DNA of 63,442 bases, the filler included, from Globobulimina sp. (Eukaryota), in assembly GCA_003354225.1 (NCBI GenBank). It is 32 parts of 32 records of this genome, joined end to end, with 100 filler letters (N's around TTAATTAATTAA, not from the genome) between each part and the next. Parts side by side here need not be neighbours in the genome. Positions count along the whole stretch, not along the records: positions 59,575 to 61,458 come from PIVH01010919.1; positions 61,559 to 63,442 come from PIVH01010920.1; 30 more parts are not named here. The stretch is one strand, 5' to 3'. The position numbers and the translations under genes were made by a program. The notes beneath the pieces were generated by a model. It was not told where the DNA came from and did not search any database. It saw only the letters and a program-made list of their open reading frames with translations. Numbering within the stretch: the first letter of the stretch is position 1; every line of letters begins with the position of its first letter. This document shows positions 59,970-63,442 of this stretch, piece by piece.

Positions 59970-60137
59970 AGGGGTGAATTAGTGGGAATGGGGAAAAGTG
60001 GGAATTGGTGAAGTGTAAATAGGGGAAAGTGGGAATTGGGGAATAGTGGGAATTGGGGGAAAGTGGGAATAGGGGGAATTGGGGAAAGTGGGAATAGTGT
60101 AAATAGGGGAAAGAAAGTGGGAATTGGGGAAAAGTGT
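59970..60137 (+). repeat. G-rich simple repeat (GGGAA/GTGGGAATTGGGG), potentially G-quadruplex forming
   Basis: Many G3-G5 runs with short A/T loops. Confidence 0.75.
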
Positions 60138-60143
60138 AAATAG

Positions 60144-60877
60144 CAGGGTTCGTACCGTCAGGGGGTCAGGGGATTTGATTATGGTCAGGGGAAAGTCAGG
60201 GGATTTTGTGTCTCGAAACACATATTTTCGCGGAAAATTTGGCCTTCGGCCAGATGCCACTCCACTGTTCAGGGGTCTTAGCGAGTCATGAAAAGTCATG
60301 AATTTTTTTGAAAGTCATGAATAGTCATGAAATTTAGAACATTTTGCGAAAAATCATGAAAATTTAGCACTGTAGCCTTCGGCCAAAGTTCACTCCCAAC
60401 ACAGGAAATTATGCTTTCAGAACATAGATTTTCTCAAAATTTCTGGCCGGCCAGATTCCACACCTAACAGGAAATTATGCTTTCAGAACATAGATTTTCT
60501 CAAAACTTCTGGCCTTCGGCCAGATTCCACTCCTAACACCGGAAATTGTGGTTTGAAAACGTCGAAAATCGTATTTCAAAAATTTGTAAAAAAAAAGCCA
60601 TGAAAAATTGAAGTTTTAGTCATGAAAAAGTCATGAATTTTGAATGGCTGAAATCGCTAAGACCTCTGACTGTTGCAAAACTTGCTTCCAGAACTCTAAT
60701 TTTCCCAAAAATGCTGGCCTTCGGCCAGGTTTTACTCTATCATAGAAAATATTGTGTCTGAACATCGATTTTGTCGAAAATTTTGGCCTTCGGCCAGATT
60801 TATGAAAGTCATGGGATTTTGACCTGAATCAGGGGAAAGTCAGGGGATTTTGGGTGCCCGATCCACTACGAACCATG
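60144..60877. mobile_element. Outer non-autonomous DNA transposon (hAT-like TIR)
   Basis: CAGGGTTCGTA...TACGAACCATG termini and AAAGTCAGGGGA subterminal repeats. Confidence 0.65.
60270..60668. mobile_element. Inner nested MITE, 399 bp, with 6-bp TSD ACTGTT
   Basis: TIR CAGGGGTCTTAGCGA / TCGCTAAGACCTCTG. ACTGTT at 60264-60269 and 60669-60674. AAAGTCATGAA subterminal repeats. Confidence 0.85.
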
Positions 60878-61352
60878 AAATTTATTTATTTATTATAAAC
60901 TAATTTGTATTATTATAGAAACCAAAGAAAAAGAAAGACGAAGATCAAGAAAATGAAATAGAAGAAAGATGAATAAATTATTGAAACTTTTTTATGATTT
61001 GTTTGTTATTTATATCACTGATTTATTTATATTTTTGTTATCTTTTTAGATTCGTTATATTTACTTGATTTTAAAGTGTGATTAAAATTAAATAGAAATC
61101 GAATTTTTCTGCATTAGAAATTTTGACTGTAGTTTGTCAAATGGGTTTTGTTTTGTTTTTTCTGTATGTTGGGGTTTAGAGCGAGAAAATCCATAATAAT
61201 ATGGTGGCGGCTATTATACTTACAGTAGTGTAAATTTCAAGTGGAGAGCGCACAATAGAAATTTATGGTAGGATCGATTGTTTTCAGTGCCATTTAGAAG
61301 GACAATTGTACAGTATACGTGCATTGTAAATACAGTACTACATATTACAGAC

Positions 61353-61458
61353 TAGAGGTGTGCACGGGCCGGCCCGGCCCGGCCCGTAAAAAGCCCGGGC
61401 CGGGCCTTTAACATTTTCCAACGGGCCGGGCCGGGCCTGGATTTTGGGGGTCGCGGGA
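61353..61458. mobile_element. Left end of a hAT-like element with GGCCC subterminal repeats, truncated
   Basis: TAGAGGTGTGCACGGGCCGGCCCGGCCC... abruptly GC-rich. Confidence 0.55.
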
Positions 61459-61558
61459 NNNNNNNNNNNNNNNNNNNNNNNNNNNNNNNNNNNNNNNNNN
61501 NNTTAATTAATTAANNNNNNNNNNNNNNNNNNNNNNNNNNNNNNNNNNNNNNNNNNNN

Positions 61559-63442
61559 AATTCGCAGTCTGCAGTTTGTTGACTTTGTTTTTCATCGTCT
61601 TTTGCGCTGTTTTGTTTTTGAAGTTTGCCATGAAAACGAATGGTTTGATAAACCTCAGCAAACATATCTGCCTCACCAAAGTTTACATTTTCGAGTTGAA
61701 TCAAATCTTTTATGTCTTTGACAGCAGCATTGGAAAATATCTCTTCTCTGATTTTATATTTTCGAAATATGGCTGCAATCCGTAAATAATAATTATCCAC
61801 AAATCTGGAGATTACCTGTTCATAAACTCGCGGATGCGGTAATTGCTGGATATATTGATAGATATTGCAGCTATTCTTTTCTTCTAAATCTTGTATAATA
61901 CGAATCCTATCCACTACGTAACCTCTATCCAACATATGCACATTCAATTTATTTGTATCCATCTCGGATAATCCTTCATTTCTCAATTCATCATACAACT
62001 GTTTCAAAGTAGGAGCATTTTGCAAGATAATTCTCTCGAAATCACCTCTATTTGTTTTGTTTTGTTGTGGTTTGGGTAAGAAATATAAAATGAATACTTA
62101 ACAAAGTCTCCGTATGAAGAGTCCCAGTTTTACTCCGATCGACAAACATTTGCTGAAAATGTGTGTGAGGATCTCTATGGAACACATCACAATGTAAATG
62201 ATCCAAAATCCTTCGAATTTGCTTAAATGCCAATGGCTCTCGGTCATTATCATAGTTTTTTGCTTCAAGCTCAACTCTATAAATACTCCGCGTGCGTCTT
62301 CGCAACGGCCAGCACGCCAATTTCACCGTACATTGCGATACGTGTTCAACATTAACCATGTGATTGAATATGTGATTAAATATCTCCTCGAACTTTGCAT
62401 AATGTTTCTTCATTAAATGTTCAATATCGTCATGAATATCATTCAAATCGTAACTGTTACATTTCTGTAACACACAGCACAATTCTGATAGTTGTCCATT
62501 TCCATGTTTTTTTAGCATAAATACCAACCGACGGATTCGATTACATTTATGTACCTGGCGCTGTTCATCAATATCACAGTCATTGTTGTCATTATTTAGC
62601 AACTTTTTAAATGCTTCACACTGTGAATACAATTGTTTTTCATCAAACTCCAAATCAAAATCCAATGCTCTTAACGACAGCTTTGGTTTGCAATGATATT
62701 CTCGGTAATAATGAGTTGATAAAAAGCGTTTCTTTGTCAATGCGTAATATAAAGTACAGAAGGATTTGTCATATAATCCAATACCAAATTGATGCCTATA
62801 CTTGTGATGAAATATTAATCTTTTTATATTTTGCTGTTTCATCAAAAAATATCTCGGCCACACCGTCTCCATATGTTCAGGGAAAAAACGCAACGTTTTG
62901 CCATCAATTTTCCAGTAGCATTTGACGCAATTTTTGCGCAAATATTGGAATTCTAAAATGAATAAACTCCAGTGAGAATTATCTATATTTGGCAGAATGG
63001 ATTGGCCATTTTGACCGTATATATACATGGTACATGAATCAGTTTGATGCGTTTTGTTTTTATGCACATTGAATTTAAACAATAACACAATTCCATTGCA
63101 TGTCGCGTACTTTTGTTTGTATTCACCCAATGTGCGGAATATGATTTTAATTGTTTCATTCAATAAAAATCCATTCAATCTGTGCCAAGAATATGGTATT
63201 TTCGCTTCGCGCAGCATCTCCGGGATATCTCTGGTAAATCCATGTTGATACATTGCATACCTTTTGTTTATAATAAACACAACAGATAGTTTATACAAAT
63301 CAAATATTTCGTAAACTTTAATGATATGCGATACTGCAATGGTATAATGATGATATCCTAAAATGCTGTCTCTAATCTTGTGCTGTCCACCTAATTCAAT
63401 CAAATCATTCATCAGCACTCTTTCACCAAAAACTACAGTGTC
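61559..63442 (-). CDS. Hypothetical protein(s), probably one spliced gene, containing the same His/Cys helical domain as 48632-49550
   Basis: CNRIRRL...IHDDIEHL..KH...C....C..LRRR.R...LDHLHC..FH. Confidence 0.55.

Noticed and set aside
59979-60299. 106-aa Pro-rich ORF
   Set aside because: Translation of the G-rich simple repeat and transposon sequence.

Overview
This window is not a contiguous locus. It is 32 short contigs of 1887 down to 1884 bp, sorted by length and joined by an artificial 100-bp spacer (N44-TTAATTAATTAA-N44, stops in all six frames), so nothing across a spacer is biologically linked. Most contigs are AT-rich nuclear DNA of a protist with short (about 55-90 nt) GT-AG introns. 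The gene repertoire is consistent with a foraminiferan or other rhizarian (inference). Recognisable genes include NSE2, MUS81, NOG1, RNase T2, FEX, NAAA/acid ceramidase, a Tm-1/UPF0261 protein, CAP-Gly, RRM, RCC1, LRR, SYLF, Smr, PUB-UBA, multi-NDK and a PanB-PanC fusion. Foreign DNA is mixed in: a T4-like phage contig (HNH-AP2, gp2, gp20 portal, TATAAATA late promoter), bacterial rmlC/rmlD and ABC-permease fragments joined to eukaryotic genes (probable amplification or assembly chimeras), and an animal-type myosin II exon with nested MITEs. The most striking feature is a tRNA-Ala(AGC) gene followed directly by a 44-bp-stem hairpin and an oligo-T terminator, resembling a natural tRNA-driven shRNA/pre-miRNA cassette. 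All protein family calls come from motif recognition, not database searches.
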